This document shows, in pieces, positions 9,352 through 18,969 of a stretch of 64,000 bases of DNA; positions within the stretch are counted from its first letter, which is position 1, and the number at the start of each line of letters is the position of its first letter. The notes under the pieces were generated by a model. It made no database searches, was not told where the DNA came from, and saw only the letters and a list, made by a program, of their open reading frames with translations. Location of the stretch: assembly GCA_903862655.1 (NCBI GenBank), contig CAIOZA010000139.1:15311-79310 (forward strand), given 5' to 3'. Made by a program: the position numbers and the translations under genes. Source of the DNA: an uncultured Ignavibacteria bacterium (GTDB taxonomy: Bacteria; Bacteroidota; Ignavibacteria; Kapaibacteriales; UBA2268).

Positions 9352-12018
9352 TTAGCTAAGGCTAATGTTTAGTTTAATTAAAACTTCATTCGCTTTTATT
9401 AATTCCATTTCAAGCTTCTTAGCCACAGTAACATCATTAAATGTAATTACAAGCCCATCGATACGATCGTCATAAGTACGATAGGGCATAATACGGACAT
9501 TGTACCACCGATTATCATCAGTTGTAATTGAAGTTTCGATAGTTGAAAGAGATTTGAGCACCTGTCTCGCATCGTTGTCAATTTCGGGATACTTCAAATC
9601 GCTGACCAGGTCCGTGAAAGGTCTGCCAACGTCAGATGATCTTAACTTGAACAACTTGGTTACTGCATCAGTGAACCTGCGGATGCATAGCTCCTTATCG
9701 AGGAAGAGAGTGGCAATCTCAGTAGAGTTCAGCAGGTTTTTCATGTCATTGTTAGCCTGTACAAAATCATTAATCTTGAACTGCAGTTCGATATTAACAG
9801 TTTGGAGTTCTTCATTAAGGCTCTGCATCTCTTCCTTTGAAGTCGTTAGCTCCTCATTAGTCGATTGTAACTCTTCATTTGTGGACTGCAGCTCTTCGTT
9901 GGTCGATTTCAATTCTTCCTGCGATGTCTGCATTTCCTCGCGGGTGCTTTGCAGATCCTCATTGCTGCGTTGCAGATCATCATTACTGCGTTTAAGTTCA
10001 ATCTCCAATTCCTTCTGCATATCAGATGTTATCTGTTTGCCTGGTTTAATTTTCCCACTTTCGGTCTTTTCCACATTAAGCACATCAAAAAACACAATCA
10101 TAATCAAGCCCTTGATGGCAGAGGGATTCTCGATGCGCTGAACGGTAATATCCAAAAATTGTGTTCCGCCATTGAAACCAACTTTGATATTATTTACTTT
10201 AACCGGGTCAAAGTTTTGCATAGCCTTGCGGAAAGCACCGGGCAAAATCTGCCGCAAACCTTCGCGAGCCATGGCATGAATATTCCAGTTAGCCTTGCCA
10301 GCGACGGGTTCGAGGTATTTTCCGGTGCGACCAGTGATGTAGAGTATGTCGCCATCATTATTAACGAGGACACTAGGAGGAGCAAACTGCTGCAATAATA
10401 TTTGGTCTGCCATTGTCTGAATGTTCACAACCGTTGGTGGTTTGGTTGATTTGTCCCTTTCTGTCGATTTGGATCTGTGGAATGCACTCGGGAAATCAAT
10501 GAGCCCCGGTGTCATAGAAACTGCAGTACGCTGGAAAATTTTGAGTTTTGAATTGATCTCTTTAAATCCATCATTCTGGTGCCCCAGAGTTTCAGCAGTG
10601 CCCAGCACCAATATGCCGCCCGGGTTAAGGCTGTAATTGAAAAGAGTAATCAATTTTTTCTGAAGTTCGGGTTCCATGTATATCAGAAGATTGCGGCAAG
10701 TCAGAATGTCGAGTTTTGTAAATGGGGGATCTTTGGTAACATTATGAGGAGCAAATACTATCATCTCACGGATTGAAGTATTAACGCGGTAATAATCTCC
10801 ATCGATTGTAAAATACCTGCTTAACCTCTCGGGTATAATGTCGGCAGAGATTCCTTTAGTAAAGATCCCTTTCCGGGCTATTTCAATGGCATCAACGTCG
10901 AGATCGGTAGCAAATATCTGTAAACTTATATTCTTGTACTTTTTAATCTTTTCCATTGCTTCCTGAAAAATAATAGCAAGTGAATAGACTTCTTCACCGG
11001 TTGAACATCCAGTTACCCAGGCACGCATAACGTATCCATTGGGCAGGCTCTCAATCAGTTCTGGCAGAGAGGTATCCTTGAGCATTTCCCAGACAGCAGA
11101 ATCGCGGAAAAAGCTGGTAACGCCTATCAACAGCTCTTTGAATAGAACCTCAACCTCTTTGGGATTCTCCTGAAGGAATCGCACATAGTTTTGAATCTTT
11201 TCAATCTGATGTATCCCTTTTCGGCGTTCGATGCGACGGAATAATGTGTTCTTTTTGTACAAAGAAAAGTCATGACCGGATTGCTCGCGGAGCAGGATAA
11301 TGATTTTCTCGAGGTTGCTTATGTATTTACTGTCGATTACCGGTTCTGTGCTCATCGAAGGAGTATATTGAAGTAAATTTATAAGTTTCGATGGCAATTC
11401 GACTGCCGGAGCAACAATATCGACAACCACAGATTCAATGGCTGATCGGGGCATAGCATCGAATTTTGCGGTGGACGGCTCCTGAACAAGAACATAACCG
11501 TTCTTCTCTTTAATGGCTTTAATCCCCAAGCTGCCATCAGAACCCATACCGGAAAGAATAATGCCAATGCTCTTCTCCTGCTGGTCTTCGGCTAATGAGC
11601 GGAAGAATATATCGATGGGTAGGCGCAGACCACGTGTTTCCAAAGGATCGAACAAATGGAGAGTCCCATTGAGCAACGATAAGCTTTTATTTGGCGGAAT
11701 AACATAAACAGAGTTTGGTTTAACTTTGAGGCCGTCAGTAGCTTGCTGGACTTTCATTGAGGTAATTCTTTGCAGCAATTCGGGCATAATTCCCACATAA
11801 TGCGGATCCAAATGCTGAATAACAACGAAAGCCATACCGTTCATTTCGGGCATATTGCCAAAAAATTGTTCCAATGCTTCTAGTCCACCTGCAGAAGCTC
11901 CAATACCCACAATCGGAAAATCTTTAGTTTTAGTCGCATCAGAGTTAAGAATTATAGATGTTTGCAATAACTTATCTTGAATAGATTTGATTTGATCTGT
12001 TTTCTTTGTTGATTTCAT
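9352..12018 (-). CDS. CheB methylesterase / CheR methyltransferase fusion protein with coiled coil and C-terminal PAS domain
   Basis: N-terminal CheB-like catalytic domain (IVGIGASAGGLEALEQFF, SGMGSDGS). CheR domain (TSFFRD, RAWVTGCSTGEEVYSLAI, ILTCRNLLIY). Then ten heptads of S-T-N-E-E-L-Q type and a PAS domain. Confidence 0.9.
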   Translation of the reverse strand: MKSTKKTDQIKSIQDKLLQTSIILNSDATKTKDFPIVGIGASAGGLEALEQFFGNMPEMNGMAFVVIQHLDPHYVGIMPELLQRITSMKVQQATDGLKVKPNSVYVIPPNKSLSLLNGTLHLFDPLETRGLRLPIDIFFRSLAEDQQEKSIGIILSGMGSDGSLGIKAIKEKNGYVLVQEPSTAKFDAMPRSAIESVVVDIVAPAVELPSKLINLLQYTPSMSTEPVIDSKYISNLEKIIILLREQSGHDFSLYKKNTLFRRIERRKGIHQIEKIQNYVRFLQENPKEVEVLFKELLIGVTSFFRDSAVWEMLKDTSLPELIESLPNGYVMRAWVTGCSTGEEVYSLAIIFQEAMEKIKKYKNISLQIFATDLDVDAIEIARKGIFTKGISADIIPERLSRYFTIDGDYYRVNTSIREMIVFAPHNVTKDPPFTKLDILTCRNLLIYMEPELQKKLITLFNYSLNPGGILVLGTAETLGHQNDGFKEINSKLKIFQRTAVSMTPGLIDFPSAFHRSKSTERDKSTKPPTVVNIQTMADQILLQQFAPPSVLVNNDGDILYITGRTGKYLEPVAGKANWNIHAMAREGLRQILPGAFRKAMQNFDPVKVNNIKVGFNGGTQFLDITVQRIENPSAIKGLIMIVFFDVLNVEKTESGKIKPGKQITSDMQKELEIELKRSNDDLQRSNEDLQSTREEMQTSQEELKSTNEELQSTNEELQSTNEELTTSKEEMQSLNEELQTVNIELQFKINDFVQANNDMKNLLNSTEIATLFLDKELCIRRFTDAVTKLFKLRSSDVGRPFTDLVSDLKYPEIDNDARQVLKSLSTIETSITTDDNRWYNVRIMPYRTYDDRIDGLVITFNDVTVAKKLEMELIKANEVLIKLNISLS
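9781..9990 (-). repeat. ten consecutive in-frame 21-nt (heptad) repeats inside the CheB/CheR gene
   Basis: Encodes RSNDDLQ RSNEDLQ STREEMQ TSQEELK STNEELQ STNEELQ STNEELT TSKEEMQ SLNEELQ TVNIELQ. Confidence 0.9.
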
Positions 12019-12119
12019 GGGTATTCATATCTCTAAAGTTTTTCAAATATTAATTTCATTGTGCTAAAAATAACTCTTTATAATTGATTAATCAACACTT
12101 GTTTCAAAATTAATTTTCT

Positions 12120-12127
12120 GGGGGGGG
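12120..12127. repeat. G8 homopolymer (C8 on the coding strand) about 100 nt upstream of the CheB/CheR start
   Basis: ttttctGGGGGGGGaaaacaggg sits in an otherwise AT-rich intergenic region. Confidence 0.9.
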
Positions 12128-12379
12128 AAAACAGGGAAATAGAATATACGTAATGTATTAATTAGCGACAAATATGGGAAAAATATTTTTTCGCTCAAAT
12201 CGCGCAAATGAGTTCTTTCCATTCATTGGAAGGAGACTGTTTACAGGAAAATACAAATACATTGATTCGCTTCGCTAAGCCTACGGCACTTCACAACGTT
12301 CAGAATGACATCAAGAAATGACATTTCACACAATCTCGAGGGTGGGAATCAGAAATTATTCGTGAGAAAAGATTAGATA

Positions 12380-13933
12380 CTACCTACAATACCTCGACAT
12401 TAAAACCAGTGCATTTGTGTCACCCATTGAAACGGCTCGGTTCCAATCCTCACAAGCTTTGCTGTTTTCATTGAGCCGCATATTGATTGTTCCTCGTGTA
12501 GTGTATGCCGGAATATAACCGGGATTCAAGGAGATACACATGTTAATATCATTCAAAGCAAGATTGTATGCACCGTTACTCAAATAATTATTCGCACGGT
12601 TAAATAATGCATCCGGATAATCATTTTTAATTTCTATTGCCTTGGAGAAATACGAAAGAGCCAGATTCTTGTGACCGTTCCCAACCAAATATGCAGCATA
12701 ATTATTCAAAGCCAAGGCAGACGAGGGAGAATGTTTGATGACATTGGAATAGAATTTATCGGCATTTTTGAATTGGATAATCAGCAATGATGAGTACAAA
12801 ATGAGCAAATGAAGAAATATTACAAGAAAAAATTTTGTAATTCGATGGTATAAATATACAGGTATGAGCATGATACAAAGTCCTAACATGGGCATATACA
12901 GCCTGTTAAGCAATGTATCAAAAGCAAATTGCTTCAAATCCGGCGAGTAGAAAAGAGTCGGTAAAAACATCAGGATAAAAATTGACAAACCGGTTAGCAC
13001 AATTTCTCTGTTAGTGGTTGTGATTCTCAAACAAACAATTATTATCAGGACAAGTATAATCAATCCGATGACAATGCCGGTAATATCGACAGTTTCCATC
13101 AGTGAAATATCGAAAGGTACAAAAGCAAGAAAGACTGAGTAAGGCAAAACTTTGAAATTTCTCATCAACTCAGTGAAGCCAAAGTTATTTACAACAGACG
13201 TGCCGAATGGTATAAATAACAACCGAACGAAAAGAGAAACTATCGCCGGAATTATTAATGAAATGGAGAATTTGAAAAACTGATTCTTCTCCCATTTAAT
13301 TTTTCGGATAAAAGTCAATAAAACCGCTAGCGGCACTAGTACATAAGCCGTCTCATTGCTGAGGAGGGCTAAAAAGAGTGAAAGAGCAATCAATAGGAGG
13401 TTTTTATGACTCGATTTATGATTTAGGTGTTGAATTCCAATAAGAAACATAGTACCAAAAAGCAGAAGTAATAAATCCCCTCGTCCGGGTATCCAGGCAA
13501 TTGTCATCATAGAAAAAGGGTGTATAGCAAATACCGATGCTATAAGAAATGAAGCTGACCTTTTCTTGCTGATCAAAAACGTGTACTTCATAATCATAAG
13601 TGAGCAAATAATATGTAAAAGCAGATTTGTAAGATGATAACCAAAAGGATTAAATCCAAATAATTGAGTATCAATCCAAAAAGTCAGATTTTGAAGAGGC
13701 CTAAATGCATTAGAAGTATTCCCGAAATTGACATCACTAGTCAATACCTTAGCAAAAGCAGAAGTTTCCTGAAGCATTTTGGAATTATGGATAATTACAT
13801 TGTTATCCTCGAAATGGACATAACCAAAATTCAGAATAGAAAAGTAAAATATGAAAATTAATATAGGTAACAAAAAAAATGTCCAGTATTCTTTGAAATA
13901 GAGTTTAAATGCGGATATATTCTTAAAATTCAT
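12380..13933 (-). CDS. polytopic membrane protein with C-terminal TPR repeats (PMT/ArnT-like glycosyltransferase-type architecture)
   Basis: About 11 hydrophobic segments across the first ~390 aa, then TPR-like repeats (ALALNNYAAYLVGNGHKNLALSYFSKAIEIKNDYPDALFNRANNYL...). The glycosyltransferase assignment rests on architecture only. Confidence 0.55.
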   Translation of the reverse strand: MNFKNISAFKLYFKEYWTFFLLPILIFIFYFSILNFGYVHFEDNNVIIHNSKMLQETSAFAKVLTSDVNFGNTSNAFRPLQNLTFWIDTQLFGFNPFGYHLTNLLLHIICSLMIMKYTFLISKKRSASFLIASVFAIHPFSMMTIAWIPGRGDLLLLLFGTMFLIGIQHLNHKSSHKNLLLIALSLFLALLSNETAYVLVPLAVLLTFIRKIKWEKNQFFKFSISLIIPAIVSLFVRLLFIPFGTSVVNNFGFTELMRNFKVLPYSVFLAFVPFDISLMETVDITGIVIGLIILVLIIIVCLRITTTNREIVLTGLSIFILMFLPTLFYSPDLKQFAFDTLLNRLYMPMLGLCIMLIPVYLYHRITKFFLVIFLHLLILYSSLLIIQFKNADKFYSNVIKHSPSSALALNNYAAYLVGNGHKNLALSYFSKAIEIKNDYPDALFNRANNYLSNGAYNLALNDINMCISLNPGYIPAYTTRGTINMRLNENSKACEDWNRAVSMGDTNALVLMSRYCR

Positions 13934-14062
13934 AAAATCTGGAAATTATTCTAATAAAATCGTTCAAAAATATGCATTTAGCTTGTAACAATTCTATTAT
14001 TTTTGTGTTATAATTCATATATTTGTAACATAATTTTAAATACTATTAATCGGAGAAATATC

Positions 14063-15352
14063 ATGAAAATCCGAATCTTATCTTTAGTAATGACATTCGC
14101 AATTTTTTCTATACTTTTGGCAGGATGTTGCACAACGAGAACCGTAGATTACAAAAGCCAAGTGTATGTTCCGGTTTATAAGAATCTTACAGAAGTGAGA
14201 AATGCCGTTAAGGTAGAATCAGGAACACCTTTGAAGAATACCGGCAAGATTTATGTATATGATTCGTACATTTTTGTAGGTGAAAAAGGGGAAGGAATTC
14301 ATATTATTGACAACAGGAATCCTTCTGCACCACAGAATATAGCATTCATAAGTATTCCGGGAACAGGCGATATGGCAGTCAAGAATAACATTCTTTACGC
14401 AGACAGCTATCTCGATTTACTGGCTTTTGATATTTCGAATCCATCGAGTCCAAAACTTGTAAAGCGTGTAAATGACATATTCCCAAATCCACTTGATTTG
14501 ACGGGTTCTTATGTTGATGCAGAAAAGGGACTGTTAGTTGAATGGCTGGCAAAAGACACAGTTTACAGATATACTTATAAGGATTGTGGAGATGGCAATA
14601 GCACTGCACCAGTGGACAGAGCCTACGATGGCGGAGGTATAAAAACTACTGACGGGTCTGTCGGCAGCCCGAATACTTCTGGCAGTGGGAGCAAGACAGG
14701 TAAAGGCGGATCGATGGCCAGATTCACTATTTACAGCAACTACCTCTATGCTGTTGATAGAACCTCCTTGCAAACTTTTGATATTCAAAACCCATCAGAC
14801 CCAAAAGCATGGGCAAAGATAAATATTGGCTGGAATATTGAAACAATCTATCCATTTAAAGATAAATTGTTTATTGGTTCAACCACAGGAATGTTCATTT
14901 ATGATGCTTCAACAGCTTGGAATCCCACTTTGATAGGTCAATTTACACATGCACGTTCATGTGATCCTGTGGTAGCAGATGACAAGTATGCCTATGTTAC
15001 TTTAAGAGCAGGCACTGCCTGCGGTGGCATTCAGAATCAACTTGATATAATAGACATTACATCTCTGACAAGTCCAAAATTGATTAAAAGCTATCCAATG
15101 CAGGAACCGTACGGATTGGGTATAGACAATGGAACACTTTTTATATGCGATGGCAAAGCAGGGCTGAAAGTGTTCGATGCTACCAATCCAGGCAATATCC
15201 AGCTTCAGAGCTGGAAGAGTGATATGAACACTTATGATATCATACCACTTGGAAATATTGCAATTATGGTAGCAAAAGATGGTTTGTATGAATATGATTA
15301 CAAAGATCCAAAAAACTTGATTTTATTGAGTAAGATTCCGATACAAAACTAA
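14063..15352 (+). CDS. LVIVD-repeat lipoprotein
   Basis: GGAGA precedes the ATG at 14063. Lipobox LLAGC. Repeated motifs GIHIIDNRNPSAP, LLAFDISNPSSPK, LQTFDIQNPSDPK, LDIIDITSLTSPK and LKVFDATNPGN are typical of LVIVD beta-propeller repeats. Confidence 0.8.
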   Translation: MKIRILSLVMTFAIFSILLAGCCTTRTVDYKSQVYVPVYKNLTEVRNAVKVESGTPLKNTGKIYVYDSYIFVGEKGEGIHIIDNRNPSAPQNIAFISIPGTGDMAVKNNILYADSYLDLLAFDISNPSSPKLVKRVNDIFPNPLDLTGSYVDAEKGLLVEWLAKDTVYRYTYKDCGDGNSTAPVDRAYDGGGIKTTDGSVGSPNTSGSGSKTGKGGSMARFTIYSNYLYAVDRTSLQTFDIQNPSDPKAWAKINIGWNIETIYPFKDKLFIGSTTGMFIYDASTAWNPTLIGQFTHARSCDPVVADDKYAYVTLRAGTACGGIQNQLDIIDITSLTSPKLIKSYPMQEPYGLGIDNGTLFICDGKAGLKVFDATNPGNIQLQSWKSDMNTYDIIPLGNIAIMVAKDGLYEYDYKDPKNLILLSKIPIQN

Positions 15353-15367
15353 TTTTCTAGAACTATA

Positions 15368-15405
15368 ATGAGGTAATCGAATATCACTCGATTACCTCAT
15401 TTTTC
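15368..15405 (+). terminator. Rho-independent terminator
   Basis: Perfect 13-bp stem atgaggtaatcga / tcgattacctcat with a 7-nt loop, followed by TTTTC. Confidence 0.8.
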
Positions 15406-15475
15406 TTATGCTCATAATTGAAAAACTAAAAGAAATTAGTATATTTGCAACTCTAATTATTATTGGTTTAAGACA

Positions 15476-16627
15476 ATGAAAAGAGCATTAATAACAGGCA
15501 TAACAGGACAGGACGGATCATATCTTGCAGAGTTTCTATTATACAAAGGATATGAAGTCCATGGAATAATCCGAAGAGCCAGTACATTCAATACACACAG
15601 GATCGATCACATATATCAGGATCCACACGATAGTGGGGTAAGACTAAAGCTTCACTATGGTGATTTATCCGACCCGGGTATGTTGACTGACTTAATTTAC
15701 AACATACAGCCTGAAGAAATCTATCATCTTGGAGCCCAGAGCCACGTAAGAGTATCATTCGATATGCCTGAATATACAGGAGATATAACCGGATTAGGAA
15801 CTACACGAATTCTAGAATCAATTCGAAGAAGCGGTATAAAATCACGATTTTATCAAGCATCATCCTCAGAATTATTTGGTTCTGCTTTGCCCCCTCAGAA
15901 TGAAGCGACCATATTCCAGCCTCAGAGTCCTTATGCAATTGCTAAGCTATACGCATACTGGATGACAATAAACTATAGGAATGCTTATGGATTGTTTGCA
16001 AGTAACGGGATACTGTTCAACCATGAAAGCCCAAGACGCGGTGAAGTATTTGTTACAAGAAAAATCACAAAGGCAATATCGAATATAATAGTAGGAAAGC
16101 AGAATAAATTATATCTTGGTTATCTCGATGCAAAGCGTGACTGGGGATTTGCTCCTGAGTATGTGGAGATGATGTGGCTGATGCTTCAGCAGGATGCACC
16201 TGATGATTTTGTTGTGGGCACAGGAGAAAGCCATACTGTGAGAGATTTCATAAACACAGCTCTAGCATATACAGGAATTGAATTAGAGTGGCAAGGTGAA
16301 CATACCTCTGAAAAAGGAATTGTCAAATCAGTGTCAAGCTCTATCAGTACAGTTAAACCTGGAGATGTAATCATCGAAATTGATCCGAAATATTTCCGTC
16401 CGACCGAAGTTGATTTTCTTCAGGCAGATATAAGTAAAGCTAAGGAGAAACTTGATTGGGAGCCGATTGTCAAATTCTCTGAATTGGTCAAGATAATGAT
16501 GGATTTCGACCTAACTGCATCAGGAGTCAAATCACCGGAGGAAGGAATAAATACTATTCGGGCTAAAGGTTTCAGTTGGACTGATCATATTTTCGCTGAT
16601 TACAAAAGAATTAAAAATGAAATTTAA
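15476..16627 (+). CDS. gmd: GDP-mannose 4,6-dehydratase
   Basis: [51 protein letters not shown] is near-collinear with E. coli Gmd. Confidence 0.95.
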   Translation: MKRALITGITGQDGSYLAEFLLYKGYEVHGIIRRASTFNTHRIDHIYQDPHDSGVRLKLHYGDLSDPGMLTDLIYNIQPEEIYHLGAQSHVRVSFDMPEYTGDITGLGTTRILESIRRSGIKSRFYQASSSELFGSALPPQNEATIFQPQSPYAIAKLYAYWMTINYRNAYGLFASNGILFNHESPRRGEVFVTRKITKAISNIIVGKQNKLYLGYLDAKRDWGFAPEYVEMMWLMLQQDAPDDFVVGTGESHTVRDFINTALAYTGIELEWQGEHTSEKGIVKSVSSSISTVKPGDVIIEIDPKYFRPTEVDFLQADISKAKEKLDWEPIVKFSELVKIMMDFDLTASGVKSPEEGINTIRAKGFSWTDHIFADYKRIKNEI

Positions 16628-17681
16628 TAAAGACTCAAAGATATTTGTAGCCGGGCATACCGGATTAGTAGGATCTACAATCTATTCTTATTTGCAGAAG
16701 CTGGGTTATTCTAATTTAGTTACTGCAGATTTAAAATCAATTGATTTAAGACGGCAAGCCGAGACAGAGAATTTTTTTGAAGAAGAGAATCCTGAAATAG
16801 TTTTTTTGGCGGCTGCAAAGGTTGGCGGTATCGTTGCTAATAGCACTTACAAAGCTGAATTCATATACGACAACCTGATGATTGCCGCAAATATTATTCA
16901 TTCTTCGTACAAATTCGGTGTGACTAAGCTTTTGAATCTTGGTTCATCATGTATTTATCCTAAACTTGCACAACAACCTCTTGCTGAATCTGAACTATTG
17001 ACTGGCGCATTAGAAGAAACTAATGAACCTTATGCAATTGCTAAAATTACAGCTCTGAAACTCTGCCATTACTATAACATTCAATATGGGACGGACTTTA
17101 TTTCTTTAATGCCTACAAATTTGTATGGAACAAATGACAATTTCAATTTCGAAACTTCTCATGTTCTACCAGCATTAACCAGGAAGATTATTCTTGCGAA
17201 AGCGTTGGCTGATGATGACAGAGATTTCATTTTGAATGATTTGGCAAGCCGACCATTAGGATATACAGTTAACAATCAGGAAGCATCCTCAGACATTAAA
17301 AATGCAGTTTCTTGCCTGAATGTGATTGGTATATCTTCTACCAGTATCGATTTATGGGGAACCGGGACACCTTTACGCGAGTTTCTGCATGTTGATGATC
17401 TGGCTGATGCCTGCATTTATTTTATGCAGAATTATGATGCTCAGCAAATTGGAGAATTCATCAATATTGGCACTGGTGAAGAGATTTCAATAATGGACTT
17501 AGCTGAGAAAATCAAGGAAATTGTTGGATACAATGGATTAATTAGTTTTGATTCATCGAAACCCGATGGCACACCAAGGAAGCTCCTAGATGTAAGTAAG
17601 GCTAAGTCGTTAGGCTGGTCTTCTCAGATATCACTCGATGAGGGATTAGAAAAAGTGATAAGTAATTATTATAAAAAATAA
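16617..17681 (+). CDS. fcl: GDP-L-fucose synthase
   Basis: [31 protein letters not shown] and NEPYAIAKI motifs. Overlaps gmd by 11 nt. This is the long form with an internal insertion. Confidence 0.9.
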   Translation: MKFNKDSKIFVAGHTGLVGSTIYSYLQKLGYSNLVTADLKSIDLRRQAETENFFEEENPEIVFLAAAKVGGIVANSTYKAEFIYDNLMIAANIIHSSYKFGVTKLLNLGSSCIYPKLAQQPLAESELLTGALEETNEPYAIAKITALKLCHYYNIQYGTDFISLMPTNLYGTNDNFNFETSHVLPALTRKIILAKALADDDRDFILNDLASRPLGYTVNNQEASSDIKNAVSCLNVIGISSTSIDLWGTGTPLREFLHVDDLADACIYFMQNYDAQQIGEFINIGTGEEISIMDLAEKIKEIVGYNGLISFDSSKPDGTPRKLLDVSKAKSLGWSSQISLDEGLEKVISNYYKK

Positions 17682-17769
17682 AATCTCTATGACTATTTGC
17701 AGGATTAATACCATATCTGATCCTGCCTTGCGGAAAGCAAATTTTCATTTCAAAAATTAGGCGAATTAT

Positions 17770-18969
17770 ATGTTATTTCTCCATTGCTCCGATATTCATT
17801 TAGGAAGAAAACCTACAGGATCATCAATCGATTTCACCAGAAAACGATTCAATGATTACTTCGATTCCTTTGCTAAAATCATTAAGAAAGCAATCGATTT
17901 CAAAGTTGATGCATTCATCGTTGCAGGAGATTTGTTCGATAAAAAGGAATTATCGCCTGACGTACTTGCCAGGACAGAGGCCTTATTTGAAATTCTGAAA
18001 AATGCTGAAATTCCTGCTATTGTCATTGAAGGCAATCATGACAATATTATTTTCGGAATGGAACAGGATTCATGGCTGATTTATCTGGAGAATAAGGATT
18101 TAATAAAGAGACCTACATATCGTTTTGATGACTCCGGATACCACTTTACACCGCTCGAAATTAAAGGAATTGATTTTTATGGATTGGGTTATCCTGGGAG
18201 TTTTGTGAATGAAATACTGATTTCACTGTCTGAACATCTTGCTGTGAAAGCCAGTCAAAACAATGTTGTAATTGTACATACTGCAATTGCCGGAAATAAT
18301 ATATTCCCGGGAACTGCAGACCAGTCTACGATCGACATAATAAAAGATAAATGTATGTATATAGCTGGCGGACATTATCATTATTATCACTATCATCCAA
18401 GAATTGAGCCTGTATTCTTTATTCCAGGATCCGGTGAATACTGGGATAGCAGTGAGTTTGAGCAGACAAAAGGTTTTATTATTTATAATACTGACAGTAA
18501 AACACATGAATTCAATACATCAGAGTTAAGAACCGTTCTTAATATCAGGATAACTGTAAATGATGAATTAACTTCAGTTTCAGAATTAGTTGAGAGTGAG
18601 TTAAGCAACAAAACTATTACGAATGAAGACATACTTAATGTAAAAATTACTTTTTCAGGTCCTTTCATATTTGATAGAGATGAACTTGAAACTACTCTGG
18701 ATAAGTTCAATCCGATGAAGTATTTTATCAAAATTGAATATCCTCAAAATCAATCAAACAGGGACTATACGGATCTGACATTGTCCACAGAATCAATTGA
18801 AGAGGATATAATTTCTAATTGGGAGTATTTTTCATCAGACACGACAAAAACACTTGCTACATTTGATAAATTAAAACAAATTCAGGATTCAGGTCCACCA
18901 GAGTCATTCTACGAAATGTTTGATATCCTACTAGATGAATTAACTGCAGGAGCAAGCAATGCAAATTAA
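17770..18969 (+). CDS. sbcD: SbcD/Mre11-type metallophosphoesterase nuclease
   Basis: Motifs SDIHLG, AGDLFD, GNHD and GGHYH. Overlaps the downstream SbcC-like ATPase. Confidence 0.75.
   Translation: MLFLHCSDIHLGRKPTGSSIDFTRKRFNDYFDSFAKIIKKAIDFKVDAFIVAGDLFDKKELSPDVLARTEALFEILKNAEIPAIVIEGNHDNIIFGMEQDSWLIYLENKDLIKRPTYRFDDSGYHFTPLEIKGIDFYGLGYPGSFVNEILISLSEHLAVKASQNNVVIVHTAIAGNNIFPGTADQSTIDIIKDKCMYIAGGHYHYYHYHPRIEPVFFIPGSGEYWDSSEFEQTKGFIIYNTDSKTHEFNTSELRTVLNIRITVNDELTSVSELVESELSNKTITNEDILNVKITFSGPFIFDRDELETTLDKFNPMKYFIKIEYPQNQSNRDYTDLTLSTESIEEDIISNWEYFSSDTTKTLATFDKLKQIQDSGPPESFYEMFDILLDELTAGASNAN

Noticed and set aside
9500-10141. 213-aa plus-strand ORF inside the CheB/CheR gene.
   Set aside because: It is antisense to the heptad-repeat region. 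It is low-complexity (Ser/Leu/Cys-rich) and fully contained in a well-supported gene.
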